A stretch of 64,000 bases of DNA from positions 3,757-67,756 of the forward strand of contig JAHFNC010000004.1 in the NCBI GenBank assembly GCA_023267535.1, given 5' to 3'. Below, piece after piece: positions 37,419 through 47,468 of this stretch (its first letter is position 1; each line of letters opens with the position of its first letter). Position numbers and translations under genes: made by a program. The DNA comes from a bacterium (GTDB lineage Bacteria; Patescibacteriota; Minisyncoccia; Phycocordibacterales; UBA5272). The notes under the pieces were generated by a model. That model saw nothing but the letters and a program-made list of their open reading frames with translations, was not told the DNA's origin and searched no databases.

Positions 37419-38420
37419 ATGTCTAATTCATCTAATAAAAAAGTTCTAGTTTCTGGTATAAAACCAACTGGCCGACTTCACTTCGGAAATTATTTTGGAG
37501 CAATGAAGCAGAATATAGAACTTGGAAATAGTGGTGAATACGAAAGCTATGTATTCATTGCTGACTATCATGCTTTAACAACAGTTAAAAATGGTGATGA
37601 ATTGAGAAAACAAACTATTGAGGCGGTGGCCTCATATCTTGCTTGTGGTCTTGATACAACTAAAGTTATTTTATTTAAGCAATCAGATGTCAGAGAAGTG
37701 ACCGAACTTACTTGGATATTTAATAACTTGGTAACGGTTCCTTACATGATGAGAGCTCACGCTTTCAAAGACCAAGAAGCTAGAAGTAAAGATGTTAATG
37801 TTGGATTATTTGATTATCCAGTTCTAATGGCATCAGATATTTTAATTTATGATGCTGATATTGTGCCGGTTGGAGCGGACCAAAAGCAACATATTGAATA
37901 CGCTCGTGACATCGCTGGGTATTATAACCGTGCCTATAACATTGAAGAATTTAAATTACCAAAAGAATTAATAATGGCCGGAGTAGAAAATGTTCCTGGT
38001 ATTGATGGACAAAAAATGAGTAAGAGTTATAACAATCATATTGAACTTTTTTGCTCTGATGATGAATTAAAAAAGAGAGTTATGAGTATTGTTACAGATA
38101 GCGCCACACCTGAAGACAAAAAGAATCCCGATGAAAATAATATTTACAAAATTCATAAACTTTTTTTGAATAAAGAAGCAGATGAGGTGTTGCGTTCTAA
38201 ATTTTCAAATGGCGGATACAGTTACAAGGAAGCTAAAGAAGAATTACTAGCAACAATAATGAAATGGAGAGAAGGGAAGCTAGAAAAATATAATCACCTT
38301 GTGGATAACTTTTCAGAATTAAATTCACTACTTGAGAAGAATGGAGGGGTTGCTTGCGAAAAAGCAAAAATTAAAATGGAGAAAATTAGAAAAACAGTAG
38401 GATTAACAAATACTTTTTAG
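37419..38420 (+). CDS. trpS: Tryptophanyl-tRNA synthetase
   Basis: Class I: PTGRLHFGNY (HIGH-like) and KMSKS. Confidence 0.9.
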   Translation: MSNSSNKKVLVSGIKPTGRLHFGNYFGAMKQNIELGNSGEYESYVFIADYHALTTVKNGDELRKQTIEAVASYLACGLDTTKVILFKQSDVREVTELTWIFNNLVTVPYMMRAHAFKDQEARSKDVNVGLFDYPVLMASDILIYDADIVPVGADQKQHIEYARDIAGYYNRAYNIEEFKLPKELIMAGVENVPGIDGQKMSKSYNNHIELFCSDDELKKRVMSIVTDSATPEDKKNPDENNIYKIHKLFLNKEADEVLRSKFSNGGYSYKEAKEELLATIMKWREGKLEKYNHLVDNFSELNSLLEKNGGVACEKAKIKMEKIRKTVGLTNTF

Positions 38421-38552
38421 TAAAATAAATTAAAACGAATTTGAAATAAAACAAGACAAGAGATGTCTTGTTTTTTCTTTTTGTCAAAATTGTGATTATA
38501 ATTTTTTTGTAATAGACTTTTAACAGCAGTTGATCTTTTGTGGAGATGTTAA

Positions 38553-38810
38553 ATGAATGAACTTCAAAAAAATGGAAATCGTTTACCTTCTTGTGCCGGA
38601 GTCTTTCTAGCCAAGGACCAAAACGGAAATACTTTCGAATTGGAAGTTGTCTGGAGACCAAACGGTATCCCGAAACAAAAAGGTCTCTTCGTTCTCTTTC
38701 CAGGGAAAACCAGTAACGACGACCAATTTGTTCCAGTCACTGGTACTGAGTATGACTTCCTGGCAAAAATAGGAGACATAAGAACGGATTACTTTGAAGC
38801 TTACGGTTGA
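38553..38810 (+). CDS. hypothetical small protein
   Basis: 85 aa ORF with downstream terminator. Confidence 0.35.
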   Translation: MNELQKNGNRLPSCAGVFLAKDQNGNTFELEVVWRPNGIPKQKGLFVLFPGKTSNDDQFVPVTGTEYDFLAKIGDIRTDYFEAYG

Positions 38811-38854
38811 GGCGCGAAAGCAGGTTACAAACTTGCTTTCGCGCTTTTCTTTTT
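38810..38854 (+). terminator. Rho-independent terminator
   Basis: ggcgcgaaagcag-gttacaaa-cttgctttcgcgc hairpin followed by TTTTCTTTTT. Confidence 0.7.
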
Positions 38855-38884
38855 AATTAAATCAAAATTTGGTAGTATATATAA

Positions 38885-40291
38885 ATGCGAATTTATATAA
38901 AAGATTTAAATAAATATATTGGACAAGAGGTCAAGATATCGGCTTGGGTTGATGTTAGACGAGATCAAGGAAAAATGATTTTCGTCGATTTAAGAGACTC
39001 AACTGGTAAAGTTCAAGGTGTGATTCTTCCGTCACACGAAAAAGCCCTTCTGGTTGGCGAAAAAATACGTACAGAGTGGGTTTTAAACGTAACTGGTCAA
39101 GTAAACCAAAGACCAGAAAAAAACAGGAAATCAGAGGTTTTAAACGGAGATATCGAACTTGAAATTTTAGACATTGAAATTCTAAACGAGGCCGATACTC
39201 CAGCTTTTGATATTTCCACCGATGGTTATGAAGTAAATGAAGATGCTCGTTTTAGAAAGAAGTATCTTGATAATCGCCGTGCTCGTATACAAAGAAATAT
39301 TACAATGCGTCACAAGGTAAATTTATTTATTCGTGAATATTTAGACAAGGAAAACTTTTTAGAAATAGAAACACCGCTTTTAACTAATCCAACACCCGAA
39401 GGATCAAGAAGCTATATTGTTCCATCAAGAATTTATCCTGGCGAATTTTATGCACTTCCACAGTCGCCACAACAATACAAACAACTTTTAATGTCTTCTG
39501 GTTTTGATAGATATTTCCAAATTGCCAGATGTATGCGCGACGAAGACACGAGAGGTGATAGACAACCAGAATTTACTCAAATGGACATGGAGATGAGTTT
39601 TGTGACTCGTGAAGATGTTATGAAAGTAAACGAAGACCTTCTTATAAAATTAGTTACCGAATTATTCCCAGAGAAAAAAATTCAAACTGTGCCATTTCCA
39701 GTTTTCTCATACAAAGAGGTAATGGAAAAATACGGTACTGATAAGCCAGACTTGAGAGAAGATAAAGAAGATAAAAATTTATTAGCTTTCTGTTGGGTTA
39801 TTGATTTCCCAGCATTTGAAAGAACGGGGGAAGATAATGTTGACGGAACAGGAGAGTGGACATTCACTCATAATCCATTCACTGGTGTAAAAGATGATTT
39901 TATTTCTGATTTGAGAGAAAAGAAAAATATTGAAAATATTATTTCTACACAATACGACATTGCAATGAATGGTTATGAAATTGGTGGTGGAGGAATCAGG
40001 TTACACAAAGCGGAAGATTTAAAAAAAGTTTTTGAAATAATGGGGTATAGCGACGAAAGAATAGAGACAAATTTCGGACAAATGCTTATGGCCTTCAATG
40101 AAGGAACTCCACCGCACGGAGGTATTGCTTGGGGATTAGACAGATTACTGATGATATTACTTAATGAACCAAACATCCGTGAAGTTATGGCCTTTCCAAA
40201 AACAGGAGAGGGTAAAGACTTATTAATGCAAGCACCGTCAAAACCAGCAGATAAGGTGTTAAAGGAATTGAAGATTAGTATTAATAAATAA
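38885..40291 (+). CDS. aspS: Aspartyl-tRNA synthetase (compact archaeal/eukaryal-like type)
   Basis: 468 aa class IIb; OB-fold N-terminus; motif 2 FQIARCMRDEDTRGDRQPEFTQMD (FRDE rather than FRAE). Confidence 0.85.
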   Translation: MRIYIKDLNKYIGQEVKISAWVDVRRDQGKMIFVDLRDSTGKVQGVILPSHEKALLVGEKIRTEWVLNVTGQVNQRPEKNRKSEVLNGDIELEILDIEILNEADTPAFDISTDGYEVNEDARFRKKYLDNRRARIQRNITMRHKVNLFIREYLDKENFLEIETPLLTNPTPEGSRSYIVPSRIYPGEFYALPQSPQQYKQLLMSSGFDRYFQIARCMRDEDTRGDRQPEFTQMDMEMSFVTREDVMKVNEDLLIKLVTELFPEKKIQTVPFPVFSYKEVMEKYGTDKPDLREDKEDKNLLAFCWVIDFPAFERTGEDNVDGTGEWTFTHNPFTGVKDDFISDLREKKNIENIISTQYDIAMNGYEIGGGGIRLHKAEDLKKVFEIMGYSDERIETNFGQMLMAFNEGTPPHGGIAWGLDRLLMILLNEPNIREVMAFPKTGEGKDLLMQAPSKPADKVLKELKISINK

Positions 40292-40305
40292 AAGTTAACA
40301 AACAA

Positions 40306-40342
40306 AAATAGCGTGACGCAATGCGTAACGCTATTATTTTTG
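40306..40342. terminator. Bidirectional rho-independent terminator
   Basis: atagcgtgacgca-atgcgtaacgctat hairpin with A-run before and T-run after. Confidence 0.6.
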
Positions 40343-40352
40343 TGAGCGATGA

Positions 40353-40565
40353 CTAAGAATCAAAATCTATTTCATCGCCACAATCCAATACTGGAATTCC
40401 GAAGTTGCAATCGCCACAAAGGGGCTCATTGCTTTCTGACCTGTAATTCATTTCTCTGTCGATGATGTCTAGCGGTTTACCACATCTTGAACATTTTACC
40501 GCTTTTGATAGGGAAAAGATTGGTTGTTGTGTTGTCTTTTTGAATGAAGATGCGCCAAGACCCAT
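40353..40565 (-). CDS. small zinc-ribbon protein
   Basis: 70 aa; C..C ... C..C plus extra Cys. Confidence 0.4.
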   Translation of the reverse strand: MGLGASSFKKTTQQPIFSLSKAVKCSRCGKPLDIIDREMNYRSESNEPLCGDCNFGIPVLDCGDEIDFDS

Positions 40566-40673
40566 GATTACCCCCTATGTGACTTATTTGACTACTAAGA
40601 ACAATTTCTGTCAATATTATATACCTTTCCATTTAATTTGTCATCATTAAATTTATGTTAAAATATATATATT

Positions 40674-41801
40674 ATGTTTCGTAAAAATTTATTACTTCTA
40701 ACATTTTTAATATCAATGTTTAGTTTCGCTTCCGCGGCAACTTTTGATAAAGCAATATGGATTCCTTATTGGGGAAAAACAGGTGGGGCGTCATCTACTC
40801 TTCCTAATTTATCTTCAATTACTCAAATCAGTCCTTTTTCTTTCGAATTACAAACTGATGGAACATTAAAAAATGCTTTAAAAATAGAGGAGGCTCCTTG
40901 GCCTGATTTAATCGCTCAAGCAAAAAAGAAAGGAATAAAAATTTATCCAAGTATTTTATCTTATCCACATAACGATAAAGAAAAACAAATTCAATATTTA
41001 CTACTTGCTCAAAAAGCAAAACGTATCGCTCACGAAAAAGCAATTGTTGCTTTAGTTAAAAAATATAAGTTCGATGGAATAGACATAGACTACGAAGCAA
41101 AGATTGCTGAAACTAAACCATATTTCTCGGCCTTCTTAACAGAACTAGGAAAATTACTTCACGCCAGTAATAAAAAATTAATTTGCACCGTGGAAGCTAG
41201 AACTCCGCCGGAAAGTAGATATGCCACAACTTCCACTCAAGTATTATCAAAAGTGGAATACGCAAATGACTACAAAGTGATTGGAAAGGTTTGTGACCAA
41301 GTTCGCATTATGACTTATGACCAATTAAATGATGACGCTTCACTTGTGCAAGATAACTCTGCTTATCTTTATAGACCAGTATCTGATATAACTTGGGTTA
41401 AAAAAGTTTTAACTTTAGCATTAGAAGATATACCTGCTAAGAAAATACTAGTCGGTGTTGCAACTTATGGTTATAAGTATGAAATAATTTCTGGAACAGC
41501 CACTAGCACTAGATATATTCGTATTGGTTCTATGAATTTTATTTATGCTGATCAATTAGCAAAATCAATCGGAATAACTCCAACCAGAAATACAGCCGGG
41601 GAATTATCTTTTAATTATGCCACGACAACTGATTACTCTGGACAATCTTTGGGTGGTTGGAAACAGTACATGGTTTGGTATTCAGACGCTCAAGCCATTG
41701 CTGATAAAATAAAAATCGCAAAATTATATAAATTGGGAGGGGTGGCTATATTTAAAATAGACGGCTCGCAAGATGAAAATATTTGGAAAGTAATAAAATA
41801 G
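40674..41801 (+). CDS. Secreted glycoside hydrolase family 18 (chitinase-like) protein
   Basis: 375 aa; signal peptide; catalytic motif FDGIDIDYE (DxxDxDxE). Confidence 0.85.
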   Translation: MFRKNLLLLTFLISMFSFASAATFDKAIWIPYWGKTGGASSTLPNLSSITQISPFSFELQTDGTLKNALKIEEAPWPDLIAQAKKKGIKIYPSILSYPHNDKEKQIQYLLLAQKAKRIAHEKAIVALVKKYKFDGIDIDYEAKIAETKPYFSAFLTELGKLLHASNKKLICTVEARTPPESRYATTSTQVLSKVEYANDYKVIGKVCDQVRIMTYDQLNDDASLVQDNSAYLYRPVSDITWVKKVLTLALEDIPAKKILVGVATYGYKYEIISGTATSTRYIRIGSMNFIYADQLAKSIGITPTRNTAGELSFNYATTTDYSGQSLGGWKQYMVWYSDAQAIADKIKIAKLYKLGGVAIFKIDGSQDENIWKVIK

Positions 41802-41855
41802 CCTTCTTATAACTGTGAATAATAATATCTTTTAAAGGTGTTAAAATAAGAATAC

Positions 41856-42701
41856 ATGGAATTTACTGTAAAATTGGATCGCTTTGAAGGTCCATATACA
41901 AAACTGCTTGAGCTAATAGAAGCAAAAAAATTATCTATAACTGAAATCAGTTTGGTTTCTGTGGCTGATGATTATATTAACTATATAAAAGCAATCGAAA
42001 ATGAGAGCTTAAATGTTTTTGATGTCTCTCAGTTTATTGTGGTGGCTTCGACTTTGATTTTAATGAAAGCAAAATCACTTTTACCGAATATAAGCTACAC
42101 CGAAGATGAAGAAAAAGAAATTCATACCTTAGAAGAAAAATTAGAACTTTTCTCAATATTAAAAAGAGCTTCAAAAAATGTTGCCGGCATTTTTATGAAA
42201 ACTCCAATGTACGGAAGAGAAAGAATAAAATATAAAGGAAAGCCAGTTTTTGTTCCTGATAATCACATTACAGTAAATAATTTAAAATCTATCGCTATTC
42301 TCACTATTGCTTCCTTTAAGCCAAGAGAACAACTGAAAGAAATAGTAGTTAAACAAAAAGTCCGTATAGAAGAAGTTATAGAAAACCTTATGAAGAGAAT
42401 AGAGGAAGCCAAGGACTCTTCTTTCTTAAAAATAATTCACGGTGTCACACATTCCTTTGAAGATAAAAAGAAAATGCTAATAGTTAATTTTTTGGCATTA
42501 CTTGAACTTATTAGGACTGGTCAGGTTGATGCTAATCAAGATGAAAAAACTAATGACATAACATTAGACATAAATAATAAAAGTCTAGAAGCAAAAACAA
42601 TTGATGATTCTTTAGAAGAATTACTGAAACCTACCGAAACGCCAACAGTTACTCCGGTGATTCCAGTGATTAATGACGACCCTAATAATATGATAAAATA
42701 A
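41856..42701 (+). CDS. scpA: Segregation and condensation protein A
   Basis: N-terminal VKLDRFEGPYTKLLELIEAKKLSITEISLVSVADDY typical of ScpA. Confidence 0.85.
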   Translation: MEFTVKLDRFEGPYTKLLELIEAKKLSITEISLVSVADDYINYIKAIENESLNVFDVSQFIVVASTLILMKAKSLLPNISYTEDEEKEIHTLEEKLELFSILKRASKNVAGIFMKTPMYGRERIKYKGKPVFVPDNHITVNNLKSIAILTIASFKPREQLKEIVVKQKVRIEEVIENLMKRIEEAKDSSFLKIIHGVTHSFEDKKKMLIVNFLALLELIRTGQVDANQDEKTNDITLDINNKSLEAKTIDDSLEELLKPTETPTVTPVIPVINDDPNNMIK

Positions 42702-42705
42702 AAAT

Positions 42706-43218
42706 ATGTTACAAAAATTAATGACAATCTTGTTTCTATCTGGAGACGAAATATCGATTGATAATCTTGCTAAGCTTTGCGAAGTATCTGTTGTAGATAT
42801 GGAATCAGCTTTTTCTGAGTTGAAAATGTATTTAAATGAAGGAGGTCTTGATTTATTGATTAACAAAGGAATGGTTTCAATCGCCACCAAAGCAGAACAG
42901 GCAAAAATTGTTCAAAATTTCTGGGTAGGGGAATTAAGTGGCGAATTAAGTCCTGCCACACTTCAAGTTTTAACATTAGTTGCTTACTTAGGATCACCAA
43001 CTCAAAAAGATATATCTTTTATTCGCGGGGTCCAATCATCTCAATCTATCAGAACACTTTCTGTACGTGGAATGGTTACAAAGCAAGGAGAAATATGTAC
43101 AATAACAACTGACGCTTTAAAATATCTTGGCGTTACTAGAATAGAAGACTTGCCAGATTTTGCAAACATAAACAAGGATTTAAAGCAGAAACTAGAATTA
43201 CTTTATAAGGAACAGTAA
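42706..43218 (+). CDS. scpB: Segregation and condensation protein B
   Basis: 170 aa two winged-helix ScpB pattern, immediately after scpA. Confidence 0.8.
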   Translation: MLQKLMTILFLSGDEISIDNLAKLCEVSVVDMESAFSELKMYLNEGGLDLLINKGMVSIATKAEQAKIVQNFWVGELSGELSPATLQVLTLVAYLGSPTQKDISFIRGVQSSQSIRTLSVRGMVTKQGEICTITTDALKYLGVTRIEDLPDFANINKDLKQKLELLYKEQ

Positions 43219-44153
43219 TGATTAAGCATTTCAAAAAAGATTTTGTATCAAATGTTTTGGTTTATATTTTAGCGACTATTTTTATATTAAGTCTTTCTTC
43301 TTTATCAAATAATTTTCAGAATGAGAAAGATTGGCTTAAGAAAAATAAACAAAAACTAAATCAAGATACTTTAAATTATAATACTACTCCATTTCAAAAT
43401 TTAGAAATAAAGGCGAAGGCCTTTGTTGTTTATGATTTAGTAGAAAATAAAGTTATTTTTGGTAAAAATGAAAAAAGAACTTTACCTTTGGCAAGTATTA
43501 CAAAAATAATGACCGCCTTAACGGCCTTAGCTAATGAAGATAAAGAAAAGCTCATAACCATAGGAAAAATAAATCCTGACGGAAGTTACGATTTGGGTCT
43601 TAAAAAAAATCAGATTTGGAAATTAGATGAACTCATTAAATACACACTTCTATTTTCTTCAAATGACGGAGCTCAGGTAATTGCAAATAATGATATTGGA
43701 GGATCTGATGAGTTTATAAAAAAAATGAACACCAAAGCAAAAGCTTTAGATTTAAACATGTACTTCACTCATCCGGCTGGTCTTGATTTAAATAATCAAA
43801 TTGGCGGACTTGGAAACGCCGTAGATGTTGCAAAATTAATGGGTTACGCGGTAAATGATTTTCCAGATATTTTAGAAACAACAACAAAGGCAAGAAATTC
43901 AGTAATTGCAAATAAAGAAATAATAAGAGGTATCCCCAACACAAATCAATCAGTAGACCAATTTGCTGGCATAGAAGCATCAAAAACTGGCTACACAGAC
44001 AGTGCTGGAGGAAACTTAGCCCTAGTCGTAGACGTCAGTTTGGGACGCCCTGTGGCTATTGTTGTTTTAGGTTCAACAAAAAACGAAAGATTTACTGATG
44101 CTGTAAAACTTTATAATGCTTTGAAAGAAAGCTTGATAGGGTCAGTAAAATAG
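43218..44153 (+). CDS. D-alanyl-D-alanine carboxypeptidase (S11 family, PBP5/6-like)
   Basis: SxxK ASITK, SxN SSND, KTG motif ASKTGYTD. Confidence 0.85.
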   Translation: MIKHFKKDFVSNVLVYILATIFILSLSSLSNNFQNEKDWLKKNKQKLNQDTLNYNTTPFQNLEIKAKAFVVYDLVENKVIFGKNEKRTLPLASITKIMTALTALANEDKEKLITIGKINPDGSYDLGLKKNQIWKLDELIKYTLLFSSNDGAQVIANNDIGGSDEFIKKMNTKAKALDLNMYFTHPAGLDLNNQIGGLGNAVDVAKLMGYAVNDFPDILETTTKARNSVIANKEIIRGIPNTNQSVDQFAGIEASKTGYTDSAGGNLALVVDVSLGRPVAIVVLGSTKNERFTDAVKLYNALKESLIGSVK

Positions 44154-44191
44154 CTGACATTTAGGAAATTTTCGTGTTATAATAAACACGT

Positions 44192-45262
44192 ATGTTTCTG
44201 TCTATTGACCCCCTAAAAGTCCTTCTTCCTGCTGTTGTTTCTTTCATCATTGGTGTATTGATTGCTCCAACAATTGCTAAATTTTTGGTTAAAAACAAAC
44301 TTTGGAAAAAGAAAAATGTATCAAAAACTATTGATGGAAAAGAGGCTACTATAACGGCCTCTCTTCATAATGATGTTGGAAATCCGATACCAAGAATGGG
44401 TGGAATCGTTGTTTGGGCTTCTGTTTTTATAACTACCCTCATCTTTTGGATTTTTGCGCACATTCATCCAACAGATTTATCTGAGAAACTTTACTTCATT
44501 TCTAGAAATCAAACATGGCTTCCTCTTGCTGCAATGTTAGTTGGTGCTATCGTTGGAGCAATAGATGATTTACTGGTAGTGGAGTGTTTTAATAAATCTG
44601 GTACATATATTGGTGGTGGATTATCTTTTCCAGTAAGATTTTTATCTGTATCACTACTTGGATTATTTGCTGGTTGGTGGTTTTATGCAAAACTAGAAGT
44701 AGACACTGTTCACATTCCATTTAATGGCGATATTCATTTGGGTGGAATTTTATTTATTTTATTTTTCATCTTGGTAACATTGGCCACATTTTCAACTGGA
44801 GTTATAGATGGAGTAGACGGACTCTCTGGTGGCGTCTTGTCATCAGTTTTTGCAGCTTATGGAATGATTGCGTTTGCTCATGGTCAAATTAACATTGCTG
44901 CTTTTTGTTTCGTAGTGGTTGGAGCAATACTTGCTTTTTTGTGGTTTAATATACCGCCAGCTTTATTTTATCTCTCAGAAACGGGAATGCTGGCCTTATC
45001 TTTAACGCTTTCTGTCATAGCTTTCTTAACTAATGCTGTTTTATATCTTTTAATAATTGCTTTACCACTTGTAGTAACAACCGTCTCTGTCATACTTCAG
45101 TTATTCTGGAAAAAGGTCTTTAAAAGAAAATTATTTTTAGTAGCACCACTTCATAATCATTTCCAAGCTAAAGGTTGGCCAGCATACAAAGTATCTATGC
45201 GTTACTGGCTTGTTTCTTATATATGTGCAATTTTTGGAGTCATAATTACTCTAATAAGTTAG
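44192..45262 (+). CDS. mraY: Phospho-N-acetylmuramoyl-pentapeptide transferase
   Basis: 356 aa polytopic; DD..V and IDGVDGLSGG motifs. Confidence 0.85.
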   Translation: MFLSIDPLKVLLPAVVSFIIGVLIAPTIAKFLVKNKLWKKKNVSKTIDGKEATITASLHNDVGNPIPRMGGIVVWASVFITTLIFWIFAHIHPTDLSEKLYFISRNQTWLPLAAMLVGAIVGAIDDLLVVECFNKSGTYIGGGLSFPVRFLSVSLLGLFAGWWFYAKLEVDTVHIPFNGDIHLGGILFILFFILVTLATFSTGVIDGVDGLSGGVLSSVFAAYGMIAFAHGQINIAAFCFVVVGAILAFLWFNIPPALFYLSETGMLALSLTLSVIAFLTNAVLYLLIIALPLVVTTVSVILQLFWKKVFKRKLFLVAPLHNHFQAKGWPAYKVSMRYWLVSYICAIFGVIITLIS

Positions 45263-45263
45263 T

Positions 45264-46358
45264 ATGTTTTCTAAAATAGATAAAATATTACTTGTAACCA
45301 CAATCGTCACGCTATTTTTTGGATTAATTATTTTCGGCTCAGCTGCCTTAGGGGTGCTTGCAATAAATGAAGCGAAATTTTATTCGGTTATAAAGAGTCA
45401 ATTAATCTTTGCTTTAGTGATTGGAATAATTGCACTTTTTATTGGTGCCAGTATCCCTTATTCTTTTTACAAAAAATACGCCTACTATATTTTTATAGGA
45501 GCACTTATTTTTACTGCGCTTGTTTTTATTCCAAAGCTATCACAGTATCACGGTGGAGCTAGACGTTGGATAGATTTAGGAAGTATATCTATCCAACCGA
45601 GTGAATCACTGAAATTAGCTTTTACCATTTTCATGGCTTTTTGGTGTGTTAGATACAGAAATAAATTTAGAGATTGGAAATTTGGGTTACTTCCATATTT
45701 TGTTGGATTGGGACTTGTTTCCGTTGTTATGGTACTTCAAAAAGATTTTGGAACATTAGCTGTGATATTAATGTCATCATTTGCTGTCTTTTTTACAGGA
45801 GGAGCACGGCTGAAACACATTTTGATTATGATTGTTATCAGTGTCTTAGGTTTTTCCGCATTACTTTATGTAAGACCTTATATGATGGAAAGAATTAAAA
45901 CTTTTATAAACCCAAGCTATGATGACAGGGGAGCTTCGTGGCAATCAAATCAATCATTAATTGCTATTGGAGCCGGAGGACTGTTTGGTAGGGGACTTGG
46001 TCAGAGCATACAAAAGTTTACATATTTACCAGAACCAATAGGGGACTCAGTTTTTGCTGTCTTGGGAGAGGAATTAGGCTTGGCAGGTATAATAATAATT
46101 TTTATTCTTTATGGTATATTAGGATTTAGGGGGTATTTTATATCATTTAATTCAGAAGACTTTTTTGGTCTGCTTTTAGGTGTAGGAATAACAACTATAA
46201 TTTTATCTCAGGCATTGGTCAATATTTCGGCAATGCTTGGAGTTATACCTCTAACAGGAATTCCGCTTCCTTTTGTGTCTCACGGTGGAACAGCATTGGT
46301 CGCGTCACTTTTTGAAATTGGTATACTTTTAAATATTTCTAAAAAACAAAATATATGA
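45264..46358 (+). CDS. ftsW: SEDS family peptidoglycan glycosyltransferase FtsW/RodA
   Basis: 364 aa polytopic; C-terminal GVIPLTGIPLPFVSHGG. Confidence 0.85.
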   Translation: MFSKIDKILLVTTIVTLFFGLIIFGSAALGVLAINEAKFYSVIKSQLIFALVIGIIALFIGASIPYSFYKKYAYYIFIGALIFTALVFIPKLSQYHGGARRWIDLGSISIQPSESLKLAFTIFMAFWCVRYRNKFRDWKFGLLPYFVGLGLVSVVMVLQKDFGTLAVILMSSFAVFFTGGARLKHILIMIVISVLGFSALLYVRPYMMERIKTFINPSYDDRGASWQSNQSLIAIGAGGLFGRGLGQSIQKFTYLPEPIGDSVFAVLGEELGLAGIIIIFILYGILGFRGYFISFNSEDFFGLLLGVGITTIILSQALVNISAMLGVIPLTGIPLPFVSHGGTALVASLFEIGILLNISKKQNI

Positions 46359-47467
46359 AAATAGTTTTAACAGGTGCAGGAGGAGGACATTTTTACCCAT
46401 TGGTTGCAGTGGCTGATAGAATTCGTAAAGAAGTTTTCCTTCAAAAAATTGTTAGTCCAGAAATATATTTTTTGTCTGACGCTCCTTATGACGAAAGAGA
46501 ATTGTTTAATTCTCAAATAAAATTTATTCAAATACCAGCTGGGAAATTAAGACTTTACCCATCGCTAAAAACTTTTACAGATATATTTAAAACAGCTTAT
46601 GGATTATTTGTCGCTTTCAGAGAAATGTACAAGCTTTACCCAGACGTTGTTTTTGCTAAAGGTGGATATTCAAGTTTTCCTGTAGTTTTTGCTGCTAGAT
46701 TATTATCAATTCCAGTTTTCATACACGAAAGCGATACTGTAGCTGGCAGAACAACCAAGTGGGCCGGAAAATTTGCTGCCAGAGTTGCCGTTTCGTATGG
46801 AGAAGCCGCTAAATTTTTCCCGATGAAAAACTTAGCTCTTACTGGTCAACCAATAAGAACAAGATTGTTACCTCCGATTGATTTTGAAAGAAAATATCCA
46901 GAAGGAAAAGAAAGAAAAGTTATCTTAGTGTTAGGAGGGTCACAAGGAAGCCAAAGACTAAACGATGCTGTTTTTACGGCTCTTCCTGAAATTCTAGAAA
47001 AATATGACGTTGTTCATCAAGTGGGAACAAATAATTTTGAAGATGTAAAAAAACTTTCTGAGTCATTACTTAGAAACAATCCAAATAAAGATAGATATTT
47101 TGCTGATGGTTTTATAGATGTCGCTTTGTTTTATCCAAAAGCTGATTTAGTTATTACTCGTGCTGGTTCTGTTTTGTTTGAGCTGGCAATATGGCAATTA
47201 CCATCAATTGTGGTTCCAATACCAGAAACAATTAGTCGAGATCAAAGAAGTAATGCCTATGCATACACAGAAAAAGGAACTGGCGTAGTGTTAGAAGAAA
47301 ATAATATATCCAAAAGTGTTTTGATGTCCCAAATTAAACATTTTCTAGAAGACAAAAAAGTTTACGAAGAAACTATTAAAGCCTGTCATAAATTTGATGA
47401 TTCAAAATCAGCAGCTACAACAATTGCTAGAGAAATAATAAGTGTCGCTCTAAGCCATAACGATTAA
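46355..47467 (+). CDS. murG: Undecaprenyldiphospho-muramoylpentapeptide beta-N-acetylglucosaminyltransferase
   Basis: N-terminal LTGAGGGHFYPLVAVA; GT-B C-terminal domain. Confidence 0.9.
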   Translation: MKIVLTGAGGGHFYPLVAVADRIRKEVFLQKIVSPEIYFLSDAPYDERELFNSQIKFIQIPAGKLRLYPSLKTFTDIFKTAYGLFVAFREMYKLYPDVVFAKGGYSSFPVVFAARLLSIPVFIHESDTVAGRTTKWAGKFAARVAVSYGEAAKFFPMKNLALTGQPIRTRLLPPIDFERKYPEGKERKVILVLGGSQGSQRLNDAVFTALPEILEKYDVVHQVGTNNFEDVKKLSESLLRNNPNKDRYFADGFIDVALFYPKADLVITRAGSVLFELAIWQLPSIVVPIPETISRDQRSNAYAYTEKGTGVVLEENNISKSVLMSQIKHFLEDKKVYEETIKACHKFDDSKSAATTIAREIISVALSHND

Positions 47468-47468
47468 T